From positions 55,242,001 to 55,306,000 of the forward strand of contig JAGIQG010000012.1 in NCBI GenBank assembly GCA_024679065.1: 64,000 nucleotides of DNA, in the 5' to 3' direction. The notes under the pieces are model-generated. The model did no database searches and had not been told where the DNA came from. It saw only the letters and a list, made by a program, of their open reading frames with translations. Each line of letters opens with the position of its first letter. Position 1 is the first letter of the stretch. Of the stretch, positions 13,161 to 25,625 are shown piece by piece. The position numbers and the translations under genes are program-made. The DNA is from Sphyrna mokarran (lineage: Eukaryota).

Positions 13161-13914
13161 GTTAGGTATGATTCCAAGCAGTGAGGAGTTTACACCCCAC
13201 CTGTAACTCCCACTGATTTCAATTTTGCTTGTGTTCCATGATGCTATTCTTGGTTAAATGCTGTATTGATGTCAAGAGCAGCCACTCTAATCTTACTTAA
13301 GGGATTCAGCTCATTGGTACATATTTGGGCAATGGATGTCATGAGGTCTGGAGTCAAGTGGCTCTGATGGAATCAAAATGAGCATGTTATTGCTTAGCAC
13401 CTATTAACAGTAAATGACAATTTCCATCACCATTGATCATTGAAAGTAGACTGATGATAACTGAATAATTGGGTTTGCCTTTATTTTATGTACAGGAAAT
13501 ACTTAGACAATTTTCCATATTGTCAGGTAGATGCTAGCGTTGCAGCTCTACTGAAACAGCTTGGCTACTGGTGTGGCTCGATCTGGAGCACTAGTCTTCA
13601 GCATTACAATTGGGATGCTGTCAGGGCCCTTAATCTTTGCTGTATCTTTTACTTTGAACCTTTTCTTGATATCACATGGAATAAATTAAATTGGCTCAGG
13701 ACTCACATCATTACACAGAAGACTTCAGAAACAGACAAAAAGCTGGATCATCAGCTTGACACTTGTAGCTGAAAATAGTTACAATTGCAGCAATCCTTGT
13801 TGTTTGCACTGATGAGCTGGGCTCACTCACCATTTTTAATAGGGATATTTTCACAGCATTCTTCTCCAGTTAGTTATTTAATTGTCTATCACCAATTCAT
13901 GATTAATAATGTAC

Positions 13915-13990
13915 AATATTGGATTTTAACTTAGTGTTGAGACTGCTTACTGTGCCTACTCCAGTCCATTGCCGGCATCTCCACATCATT
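13915..13990 (+). mobile_element. Penelope pLTR tail fragment inserted in LINE-A
   Basis: ggattttaacttagtgttgagactgcttactgtgcctactccagtccattgccggcatctccacatcat is near-colinear with 45950-46020. Confidence 0.75.
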
Positions 13991-14454
13991 CACAATTAGA
14001 CATAGTAGCACTAGAGAGCTGATCCTTTTATTGTGGGAGCACTTTGTTCTGCCAATAGTATGTTGCTTCAACATTTACCATGCATGTAAGTCTAGTACTG
14101 TACCTTCACTAGGTTGGCATCTCATTTTTAGGTATGCCTGGTGCTGCTGTTGACATGCTTTTCTTTACTTCTTATTAAACCAGAGTTAGTCACCTGGCTT
14201 AATGGTAATGGAGTGAGATATATGCTAGATCATGAGTTTACAGATTGTGGCTAAATACAATTCTGCTACTGTGGATGGTTTAGTCATAACCTCAGATTTT
14301 TAGTTGCAAGATCTGTTCTGAATCTATCCCACTTAGCATGGAAGTGTGGTGATAGTGCAATATAGTAAAGAGTGATGATGCGATTTGTCTTTACAAAAAG
14401 TGTGGTCACACCTACCAGTATTGTGATGAATAGATGCATCTAGATTGGTGAGGA

Positions 14455-16156
14455 AAAGGCACCAGAAGGTGCATCCAAGGATACGAAGGGAGGTGAGAAT
14501 GGAAATTGTAGAGACACTGGGGATAACCTTCAAGTTTTCCTTAGGCACAAGGTGGTGTCAGAAAACTGGAGAATTGTTCAAAAAGGGTACATGGATAATG
14601 CTGGCAATTGCAGACTAGTCAGTTTAATTTCAGTGGTAGGGAAACCTCTGAAAATATAGTTTGGGACAAAATCAATAGTGACTTAAACAAGTTCAGGATA
14701 ATTTAAGGAAAGCCAGTCTGAATTCATTAAGGGAAAATCATTTTTAACAAATCATTTTTTTTTGAGGAGGTTACTGAAAAGGTTGATAAAGGCAATGCTG
14801 TTGACATGATGTATATAGATTTTTAAAAAGACATTTGATACAGTCCCATGCAACAGATTTATGAGCAAATTTCTTGGTCATGGAATTAAAGGGAAAGTAG
14901 GTACTTGAATGAGAAATTAGCTGAGTGACAAGAAACAGAGAGTTGTGATAAATAATTATTTTTCAGATAGGAGGGAAGTTTGTAGTGGAGTTCTCCAGGA
15001 GTCAAGGTTAGGGTCCTTGCTCTTCCTGATGTATATTACTGACCTAGGCTGGCATGTTCAGGGCATGATTTCAAAATTTTCAGAGATTGGAAGCGCTGTC
15101 AACTGTGATGAGGATAATCTTGAACTTCAAAAAGGACACAAACACACTGGTAGATTGGGCAGACAAGTGGCAGATGAAGATCAATGCAGAGAAGAGCGAT
15201 GGCAGGAATATAGAGAGGCACTATAAAGTAAAGGTAGAAACTTTAAACCAACTGCAGAAATAAAGGTAATTTGCTGTATATAAACACAAGTCACTGAAGG
15301 TGGCAGGCCCAGATCATGTAGAGAGAGCAGTTATTAAAGCATATAGGATCCTAGGTTTGACTAATCAGGGAACTGAGTATAAAAGTAAGGAGGTCATGTT
15401 GAACTTGTTTAACACATTGATTAGGCCTCATCTGGAGCACTTCATCCAGTTCTGGGCACTATTAGTGAGAAAGGATGGGAAGGCATTGGAGAGAGTACAG
15501 AGGAGACTCACAAGAATTCTTTCAGGGATAAATAACTGAGGATTGATTGGAGAGGTTAGCTGTTGGACAAAAGAAAATGGAGAGGAAACTTGATACAGTA
15601 TGAGTATGGACATGGTAAACTGTTCCCTCTTGGGACTACTACTACACAGGTTCAAAAGAATGGGTAAAAAGAGTGATGGGAAGCAAACTTTTATCACCCA
15701 GAGGGTGGTTGGTATTTGGAATGCATTTCCTGAGACAGTGATGGAGGCAAGTTCAATTGAGATATTCCAAACAGAGCCTTTGCTCTTCCTGATATATATT
15801 AATGACCTAGGCTGGCATGTTCAGGGCATGATTTCAAAATTTTCAGAGATGGGAAGCACTGTCAACTGTGAGGAGGATAATCTTGAACTTCAAAAAGGAC
15901 ACAGACACACTGGTGGATTGGGCAGACAAGTGGCAGATGAAGATCAATGCAGAGAAGAGTGATGGCAGGAATATAGAGAGGCAGTATAAAATAAAGGGAG
16001 AAACTTCAATTGGATTGCTACTTGAAAAGAAATAATGTGCAAGGTTATGGGGATAAGGCAGGGAAGAAGGATGAGGATAGAATATTCTTTCAGAGAGGTA
16101 GTGCATAATTGATGGGCCGAATGGCCACCTTCTGCACTGTAAAGATTCTACAATTC
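14455..16156 (+). mobile_element. 5'-truncated CR1 LINE (RT to 3' UTR) nested in LINE-A
   Basis: Peptides SGVLQESRLGSLLFLMYITDL and YKSKEVMLNLFNTLIRPHLEHFIQFW...LERVQRRLTRI. 3' end gatgggccgaatggccaccttctgcactgtaaagattctacaattc. Confidence 0.9.
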
Positions 16157-17067
16157 TGAGGTCAAGAGAATCTTTCCCTCTGACTGGGTCTTTCACCATT
16201 TGCTGCAGGACCAGTCTGGTAGATAAGTCATTCAAGCCTGTTTGGTCAATAGTGATATTATCTAGCCATTCTTGGTGAGGGACGTGGAAGCTCTCCAGAG
16301 TAGATTCTGTGTTCTTGCTTTTTCCAAGTGTCCTCGATCTGGAATCTATGAATCCATCAGCTGAAGGAGAATGGAAGAGGTAATCAGCATGAGATTATTT
16401 TGCTTATTTTTGACCTGATGCCATGAGACTTCATGGGATCTGGAGTCAATTGCAACACCCAGGGGCACTCCATACTAACTGTAACCACTGCATGGTCACC
16501 TCTGATGGGTCCACTCTGCGAGCTGACAAGATATACCCAAGTGTGGTGATGTAGGTGATAGAGACGTTGGCTGGAAGGTAAGATTCAAGAGTTATGTTAG
16601 GTAAGTTGCTTGACAAGTCCACATGATGACTCTCTCAATCTTGGTACAAGTGTCCAGATGTTAGTGAAGAGGACTGTTCGGGGTATGCCTTTGTTGTTTC
16701 TGGTGTCTAGATCAATATATGGTAGTCAATCTGGTCTTATTCAATGGTTCTATTGCAGTCTGATACAACGCAGTGGCCTTCAAAGGACAGGTAAGAGTCA
16801 ACTATATTATTGTGAGTTCAGAATCACATGTAGGCCAGGCCAGGTAAAGACATCAGATTTCACATTTGTGGACCAGATCGAATTTTACAAAAATCTAAAC
16901 AGTTTCATGATCATTATTACTGAGACTGAATTTTAATTCCAGACTTATTAATTAATTGAATTTAAATTCCTTTAGCTACATGGTAGGATGTAAATTAGTT
17001 CCTTCAGAGCATTCACCAAGGCTCTGGATTACAAGTCCAGAAACATTACACTATGCTATCATTTCTC
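16157..17067 (-). mobile_element. LINE-A 5' part: APE endonuclease region plus tRNA-like 5' head
   Basis: Minus-strand peptide LSTRLVLQQMVKDPVRGKDSLDL continues as LTNL..ASIH below 14454. 16780-17067 is the reverse complement of the 11298 and 26826 heads. Confidence 0.82.
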
Positions 17068-18457
17068 TTGAAGAAAAAGGTAATAAAAGCATATTTCAGA
17101 TCTGAATTTTGCAACATAATTTATTTTTATAAGTGAATACTATGGCTTATTTCTCCCTCAAAAAATGATCTCTAATCTTCAAACCTGGGATTTTTCATTA
17201 TTTTCATCAATTTAACTAATAGATTTTCCCATCAACTGGAGCTTGTTCCAAATCACAGCTTCAGAGGGTTGCAGCCAGAACAAATGATTGTTATACCTTT
17301 AAGCTAAACACTGGTCACTAATTTTAAATGTAGAAAAATAACATAATATTTATCACATTTCAAAATCATAGTATTATTGTTAAATGCATTCTAAAAAGCA
17401 TCACAGGGGTTAATCTCAGGCAGCCCATCCAATCTGTCTTTAATAAGCAGTGGACACAGGAATCTTTATTACTTAGATTTAACAATATACGGCTTATGAT
17501 GTATAAATAGCTGCCACATGGTCAATGGATCTGTTCACAGCCAAAGCCTGCAAATGGAGAAGTTGTAGCTGCTGGATTAAGTCATATCATATCAAAGAAA
17601 GGCAAGAACTGACAGCTGAAGAGGGAACTTCACAGCATGAGTATTGGGGCTTTTTTAATGCTCAGCCAGTAGGCTCCGTAGTCATGAGATATGAAGCCAG
17701 TGAATAGCTGGCTTTGGATCCTGCATGTACTGCAGTATGCTAACACCAAACACAAGTCTACAATAGCACATGTTAAAACCACAACTAATGATTGGCTTTG
17801 CTGGGTTCCAAGATGGAGATACGCCAGTACAAAAGAGATGTAGTTACAACAAAGGATGTACGCTCCAGGCTTCTGAGACCAACATTCTACTGTCAATAAA
17901 TAAAGCAGTGACCTCAACAGCTTGCCAAGCTGTGCTTAGAACCCATTGCCCTACTTTTACTATCACTGGTTATTCAGATATTATGCAGGTATTTTTCAAA
18001 ATATACAAAAGATGGTTGATTTTTTTGCCAATATAATAATAGAATTTGAAAATTGGCTTTTAAATATCCTGATACAATGTATGAAAAAGAACAAAAGCTA
18101 GTAAGAACCTGGTTGCACTTTTTCACCCTCATTAACTCCCTTCTCTCTTTGACTCCAAATACCATTCTGAACAGTGGGTAGGCATACTCCTCCCAACACA
18201 ATTGCACAACACACCTGCACTGTCTTAGCCAACAGCCTGTAGAACATACCAAACAACTTGTACAACATACCGTACTGACATAAAATTATCCCATGGAAGA
18301 AAACTGCAAGAATTCCACATTGATTCACTTCACAGAGCTGGATTTCCAAACTTTTCTGCAGTAAATTCAAATTGAACATTATATTGAAATTGAAGATTTA
18401 TTCCTAACTTTTCCAGAATGTCTTCAGTCAGAAATCAGTAACTGTTATACAACTAAA

Positions 18458-18742
18458 TCATAGAATTCCACAGTCAAGAGAAGGCCATTCGGCACATTGA
18501 ACCTGCACTGACAACAATCCTACCCAAGTACTAACCTGTAACTCCACATATTTACCCAGCTAATCCTCCTGTAACTAAGGGGCAATTTAGCATGGCCAAT
18601 CAACCTAACCTGAACATCTTTTGACAGTGAGAGAAAACCAGAGCACCCAAGTGAAACCTCATGCAGACATTCACCCAAGGCCAGAATTGAACCTGGGTCC
18701 CTAGTGTTGTGATGCAGGAGTGCTAACTACTGTGCCACCATA
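18458..18742 (-). mobile_element. HE1-like V-SINE with CR1-type tail
   Basis: aaggccattcggcacattga tail, gcaatttagcatggccaatcaacctaacctg, and the head end ctgtgccacc. Confidence 0.85.
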
Positions 18743-20114
18743 TGCCTGCATTATTTTCAATGATTACAGTGTGCAAACATGTGCACGTATTAATTTTATG
18801 TGGAATTTCCCAATTAATTAAATTCCAAGATTCAAGTGCAACCTCCTGCAAAATATGAAAGGTGCATAGACCACACACTCTCAAGTAATGAACAAAAATG
18901 TGCTATCTGTAAAGTTACCTTTTTAATCTAAACAATCATAGATTTTAATTTAGCAGAATTCCACAATCTATACGCCAACGTTACCATTCACTACATTTGC
19001 ATGCCAGAATTTAAATGTCTTAGAGAACATTGTATAAATATAAAATCAGTTAGGTTTCCTCAATCATTTTTCTGCTTTTGTTTCTGTTTGATTTCATCCT
19101 TTCTCCATTCCATACATCTGCTTGTGTGCCTATGGCTAACTAGTGTCTCTCTCCAATTCTTGGCCTGCCAGAGCTATTTCATATGGTGCATCTATTCTTA
19201 ATATAATTTGATGTTAATGCCAAAAATCAGGGCTGCTTTCATTAGCATTGACAGAAAGACGGGGATTGATAAAAGAAAGAAGATTGTCTCAGAATCTACA
19301 TGAATAAGATATGCCACTGCAATATATATGTTTTGCTTGAAATAAGAGTGCTATAGATGGTCAGACTTCTTATCACCTCTCACAAGGAAGGGAATGATGT
19401 TGAAACTTGATGCCAACATTAAGTAGCCAATTAATTAACTAAATGAGGGACTCCTCAAGAAATAGGACAATAGGGTGCAGAAGAGAATTGGATCAGTTAA
19501 AGTATCAACATTTCTAGGACTCCCAAAAATGGTCGGGTGTGGGTGCAAGATGGAATGAGAGAGGGAAAATGGGAAACATTCATGACACTTATAAGCTTTC
19601 CAACATTTTATGATCAATCAAATTGATATGTACAGAATCGCTGATCTGTCTGATCTTTAGCAAACGTGAACTTCCCCTTCCACAACTAAATGTCGAGGTC
19701 AGTGGCTCTCCAGATATTGGGTTCCGGGTCTCATTTCATGCTGCTAGTGAAGTGCAAGAAGGGAAGGGTTGCAAGATCAAAGATCTGGAAAGGATGCTTG
19801 GGGGTGGAATTTTTGCAGGCAGGAGAGGTTAAAGGAGGAGTTTTATAATTAGGCCAGTTACATTTCCTTGTTGTTGCAATCATGACGGCCACATTGCTTG
19901 AAAGTCTTATTCTCAATGGCACCAATTGCCTCAAATCAAAGAAATCTTAGGGAAATGATCTCAAATGGGCATTAAATCCCTTATTTACCTATTCAAAGGG
20001 TCAAATGCCTGCTTCAGGCATGAGTGGAGGACAACTTTTGTTTAATCTCATATAATGTGGCAGGTAGAAACTTTTGGCCAGAAATGTATACAAGGGTTTC
20101 ATAATGGCGTGATA

Positions 20115-20250
20115 GCTTGGGTGGCACAGTGATTAGCACTGCTGCCCACAGCGCCAGGGACTCCGGTTCATTTCTGACCTCAGGTGATTCTCCCTGGGTC
20201 TGGATGGATTTCCTCCAGGTGCTCTGGTTTCTTCCCACGCTCCAAGAAGT
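20115..20250 (+). mobile_element. HE1-like V-SINE fragment
   Basis: ggtggcacagtgattagcactgctgcccacagcgccagggactccggttca...ttcctccaggtgctctggtttcttcccac. Confidence 0.85.
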
Positions 20251-20422
20251 TTGAGTTTGGGTAACGCTTCCTTTGGGCTTGTTTAAATGTGAACATGGTT
20301 ATATGTTTTTATGCACAAAATCAATAAACTGTTGAGGAGCTCTCCATTTATCAAGCATGCCGGAGCTGTCTAGGAAGTGTCAGGGTTGTTTGGGAGGCGC
20401 CGGGGCAGTCTGGGAGACACTG

Positions 20423-20515
20423 GGCCTGTCGAGGAACTGCACAGGAGGTGTCAGGCCTGTCAAGAAACTGTCCAGGAGGCCTCAGGCCTGTTGAGGAACT
20501 GTCCAGACGGCATCA
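20423..20515. repeat. 31-bp minisatellite, 3 copies
   Basis: Units of ggcctgtcgaggaactgcacaggaggtgtca start at 20423, 20454 and 20485. Confidence 0.85.
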
Positions 20516-23500
20516 GACCAATCCAATGGTTTTTTGTTATAAGCCCAAAGAAAGCATTAACTCTCCTAAAGGTTTCCCAAGGCTCTAGCCCAAAGAGTAC
20601 CTTACCTCTCCAAATACATACACCATTCAGACCTTCTCTTATTTATTCTATTCTACAAATTTTGGATTCCAGATTCCTGTTCTTGCAAGATTCAGTGGAA
20701 GTACCTGGTGATTTAAACAGCCAGCTGCTTTTGCGAATTGCATATGTGCAAATTCCACCCTGATTCCATTTCCACTGCTATAAAAATGGGAAACGCCGGG
20801 CTCATGTGCAGGACTTCAGAATTTCTGTCCGGTTTTGGGATTTTCACCACTACCTCCAATGCTGCTATCTGTAACTTGGGTAACGCAAGGAGGGAGGTCC
20901 AGACTTCAGTCCAGCCACAATAGGGTTCAAATCCCATGTTACTGGCACCAATATGACCAACATTGGCCATCCAGTGAAATGAGCTAACCGGTCCCTAAGA
21001 AGTCCAAGTTGCTGCAGCAATACACACTTCTACATGCATGTTGTAGCCTGGAGTTATGGGTAGTGATTATACAAACTCTAATTTCTTTCCATCATATGGT
21101 GGCAGGAACCTCTCCTGCTCTTACTGCCTGCTAGCGGCAAATGTTGGAAGGACTCACAATTTGTACTCAACTTTCTTTGGCCGAGTTATGAATGCATTTT
21201 CCTTGGCCTTCAAGTCCTACCATGGATCTTGAATCCAACGGTGAGAGGCAGGGACACTATCAGCTATTCCAGAAGATCTCTATTGCAGAAACGAATATTA
21301 GACAAAATTGCTGGCAAATAGATTGATTATTTCTAGGTTTTTCTTTCTCCAAATAACACAGAATGCAAAACATTCCAAGTATTGCAATGTAAGAAAATAT
21401 GGTATAAAGATTGGCCTAAGCTTTCTATCTCTTCCCTGTTGTGGTGATAACTATGCAGATCTACATATGGTTGGAAGCAAAGTAAAGATATATAAATTAA
21501 GAAAAGACACCCTCCCATCTGTTAACAAACATTTCCACAATTTCATTCTTGAAATGATGGATGCAAGTATTATCTGCTAGATCAGCATTCAGAGATTGTC
21601 AGGATGGGCTGTGAGGCTGAAGCTGAAATAGGATCAGTGCAAAAAAGGTTTCAGTTATTTCATGTAAAGGCTCCCTTTTTAAATATGGAATTTTTCTAAT
21701 GAAAAGAAAATATTTTATTCTGGCAGTTGCTGGACATTACTTTCTCAGCTTGCATCAGGCTTGCACAGATGGAAGCCTTGGTCATTAAATCTAAGTAAAT
21801 GTGTCAAACAATTAAAAAAAGACTGCTAAGAACATGATCTACAGAATAGGTTTAAGTGGCTTTCCAAAGCAATTTTGGAATATGTTGTAAACCAAGTTTA
21901 TACATGATACATACATGATGCTTAATTTTTCCATTTTCTTTTAAATAAATAAATTTGTACTTGAGTTTTACAAATGAACAAATCCACAAATAAAAATAAA
22001 ACAGTGCATAAAAATTTACAGCATGCGTGTTCTGATAAACATCTGCTGAAGAACAACATCCTATGTCAATCTAGAAAAAACTTTATATGTATCATTTATT
22101 TTTAAATTTCTGATTGAATTCTTAATACTTATATATTTCTGGGCTGAAAGGCATGATAACAGCTCTATAAAGCTATTTAGCAATTAGTGGACAGAATCCA
22201 TATGAAGTATGCACTTAATACCTTAAAACTAGTCGTTAGGGAGTAAGTGTCCATTTTTCAATTAACATTTCAACAAGCAGTCCAGGAGATTGACCCAACA
22301 TAGCAAGCACAATCTAGTTCTAGTACTAAAATATCCAAGTGATCTCCCATACTATACAAGACATAGAGCAATTAAGTTTTTCAAATTTGTTTCATCCCTT
22401 TGCGATTTATGTTACATTAATGAAAATACTATAGGTTGTGAACAAGATGACTGACAAATCAGATTTTAAAAATGATGGAAAAACTTGAGAAATCAATATT
22501 CTGGTCATTAAAACTTAACCTTAAACCATCCTTAATGTTACATTGGTAAAACACTGCTTCTATAAAAAGTGCTTGTGGATTATATGGCATGTTCTGTAGA
22601 TTCATTACAGCTTGTTTCATTTACGAAAACAACAGTTTTAAAAATGCTGAAGTAACTCTATACCTATTTCATCAAAAGTGGTAATTCTTCTCATTATGAT
22701 ACAAACATACTAGGAATAACCAAAATAACTTGGTAATTGCATCATAATCAAATGTTTTGAAGTAGACATATACAAAAAACTCCCAAAAGCTAACAGACAT
22801 TAAACGGTTTCAATATATTTTTATGGATCTTAATATTGCTTTTTAAAAATTTGTTCATATCTAAGATTCATATTTTTCTGTTAACTGAATTGTCTCTTTG
22901 TCTATATTCGCATGATTTCTTCTTACCATCAAACTTAAGTAGATTTAGATGCACTGAATACATCAAAAAGCAGTGAATTCAATATCTAAAATGTGTTTCT
23001 GCTAATGAAGAGGTTAAGTTGAACTGAGAGGATATTATTCAAATCTTCATCCTGGAATCCTTGTTTAGCCAGGGCAAAGTATAAACTATTTCTATCTACT
23101 ATATATTAGGTTATTGCTAAGTTTAAATATTGCTTGAACCTCAATTCCTTTCTCCCTTTGAGCCAGTTAGGATAAAATGTATTTGTCATGACAAAGCTGT
23201 ATGGTAAGTCTACAAATAAACCGGTGGGCATCCTGAAGGCTGAAAGATACATCTATGTTTTCTCCATGGGTGTGAAAGATCTTGTTGTCATGATTCAATG
23301 TGTTGTGGCCACAATGGTGCAGAAGGTTGGTTTATTTTATTGTTTGCATTCCTACTTGCACAAACCTTTACCAGGCAGACCTGCACGACACCTTTTCTAC
23401 TTGTGCAGGATCATGACACATAATCTTCTTTGCAACTGATATGAAGGTAAACAACAATATCTGGGCACTTACAAATTTTTTAAAAAAGAGGGTTTGTGTT

Positions 23501-24884
23501 AAAGGTGTACTTGATCCTGCAAGCTGCCCTTGACTCCTGATCAGACTCACATATACAGCTGCCTCTGCATTGTGATGAGTTGCTAATAACAGACAGGGTG
23601 CTATCCAAAGGTGGTGCAGTGATGGAAAGCCCAATGCTGTCTTCTTAATTAGTTTAAGTTAATGATTTTTTTGATTCACATACCAATCATGGAATGTTTA
23701 TCATCATAAATAATTCTCCTATGCTCAGATTAATGTATTTTACTTTTAGTCCTACTATTTAATAGAAACTACATCATGAACGCATTGTTTTGCTGTTTCA
23801 TAAAAATATCTTCTGTGCACAGAGGACAGGACCTTCCGAATGGTGAGGTTTCCTGCCCCTCCACCTGTAGGGTCTGCAGGCCCCACATCCCTACTGATCA
23901 CAGCAGCACCAAAGCCATTTAAGCCACTAAGGAAGTTTTGCCTCAGAGGGCTGCCAGCTTTGGCCAGTAGTAGGCCTAACAGCACCAACGGCAGCCAGGG
24001 CCAGAACAAGGTTAATGCAATCCCCAGATTCTAAGTCATGGAGTCCAGGAATAGGAAAGAGCAGGGACAGGGAACTGAAAGAAGCAGACCTGGAAGAGGC
24101 CTGCTGGGCTTCTTCCTGCCGCTGAACTTCTCCTGCCAGCCTCAAAATTGAAACCTGCTTGACAGGGAACATGGAGATTCTGCCTACAGTTCATGACAAC
24201 AGGGTTTGGTATTTGTTTTTATAAAGAAGGAAACTAAAACAACTTTGGAAAATATAGTTCAATCTGTCTAATTTTACAAAATTAATCACCATCAAATTTG
24301 CTAGAAAATGTAATACTAGGTGCATATCATTAAGATACATAGGATATAGTTCATGCTTTACAAAGTAGATTGCACATATGATTTACAAGTGACTTATGAT
24401 TAGCACTAAGCATTGGATATAAATTGATTCAACTGATTGCACTGTGCAGTTTATACCATGTGTTATAAAAATTAAAGTTTTAAATGTGCACTCTTGGTTG
24501 GTTTCAGTGTTTGTGACCCATTTGTCATATATTATCATTTGTTAGCAATTATAATTCTACAGTCATCAGTTATGAAATATAACAATTATTTCATAAATAA
24601 AAATAATCATGTTGATATATTACTGTTATTATTTTGGTATATTTATTGAAAACTGGGAGCTTCTATCTCATGTTTGTTCATGTATATTTAGCATTTAAAT
24701 TCATAAGTGTTTTATTTTTCGTGCATCAACTGTTCAACGCAGCAATCAAAATCCAGCTCCATACTTCAGGTTTAAAACTGAGTTTCCACCTATATTTTTA
24801 CTTCTAAACATTCGCAATTTCAGTTCAAGTTTTTTTTTAAATGCTACGTAGTAATCACCAAACCTTGCAATAACTTCTGCACAA

Positions 24885-25345
24885 GCTGAGCTCCTGGAGT
24901 GTTGTGCGCAGCTCTGGTCCCCTCACTTGAGGGAAGATGTAGTTACATTGGATTCCAGAGATGAAGGGTTTGTCTTATGAAGACAAGTTTAGACCTATAC
25001 TCTCTAGAGTTTAGATGAATATGGGGAGATCTAAATGAGGTATATAAGGTGCTAAAGGGGATTGATAGGATAGAATATAGGGAGGATGTTTCTTTTGTGG
25101 GGCAATCTTAGGGTAGCAGATTTAAAAGAGATGAGGAGAAATTACTATGGAGTTCACTATCTCAGAGTGGGGTGAATGTCAGGATATTGAATAAAGGAAG
25201 TGATAGACAGATGTTAATTAGTAATGGGTTGAAGGGTCATGAAGAATAGGCAGAAAACGGAGTTAAGGGTGAGACAAGGTCAGCCATGATCATACTAAAT
25301 GACAGAGCAGGCTCAAGGGGCTGGATTGCCCACTTCTACTCTTAG
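24885..25345 (+). mobile_element. CR1 3' fragment
   Basis: ctggagtgttgtgcgcagctctggtcccc...ggggagatctaaatgaggtatataagg...caggctcaaggggctggattgcccacttctact. Confidence 0.8.
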
Positions 25346-25354
25346 TTCTTACGC

Positions 25355-25625
25355 TATGTTCTCTGAGCTCGCCACTGAATTTTGTCAGGGGGCAGTCTTC
25401 AATGATGTGAATCATTGATTGGGATGCACCACAGTTCAGTCTGGGCTCTCTGTAAGGCCCACTTATGCCGATTTGCTGCACAGGGACCAGTGCAGAAACA
25501 GTTGCACAGTGTTTAATGTTAGCTTGGCAAGTTGATGCCGAGTGGGTCAGCTGATGAGAAGAACCACGTCCTCCCATAGGTCACCAAATCAAACTGAAGC
25601 ATCAATGTATTCTGCCACTCTCACT
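25355..25625 (-). mobile_element. Vingi/Ingi-like LINE C-terminal fragment
   Basis: Peptide CGASQSMIHIIEDCPLTKFSGELREH resembles the C-terminal Cys/His motif (CG..QTM.HI...CP...F.G.L..LH) of Ingi/Vingi elements as recalled. Confidence 0.6.

Larger units (their letters stand above)
12105..14454 (-). mobile_element. LINE-A, 3' two-thirds (RT and C-terminus), decayed
   Basis: ORF 12178-12570 ATKAVQRLRLFRQVTHLLTSLGLPTIYKAQIKSMME is a non-LTR RT C-terminal region. Homologous to 27275-27733 plus 29422-29805. Confidence 0.85.
19801..20760. mobile_element. Non-autonomous TIR element (possibly PIF/Harbinger-like) containing a V-SINE and a minisatellite
   Basis: Termini ggggtggaatttttgca and tgcaaattccaccc form an imperfect inverted repeat. 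Confidence 0.5.
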
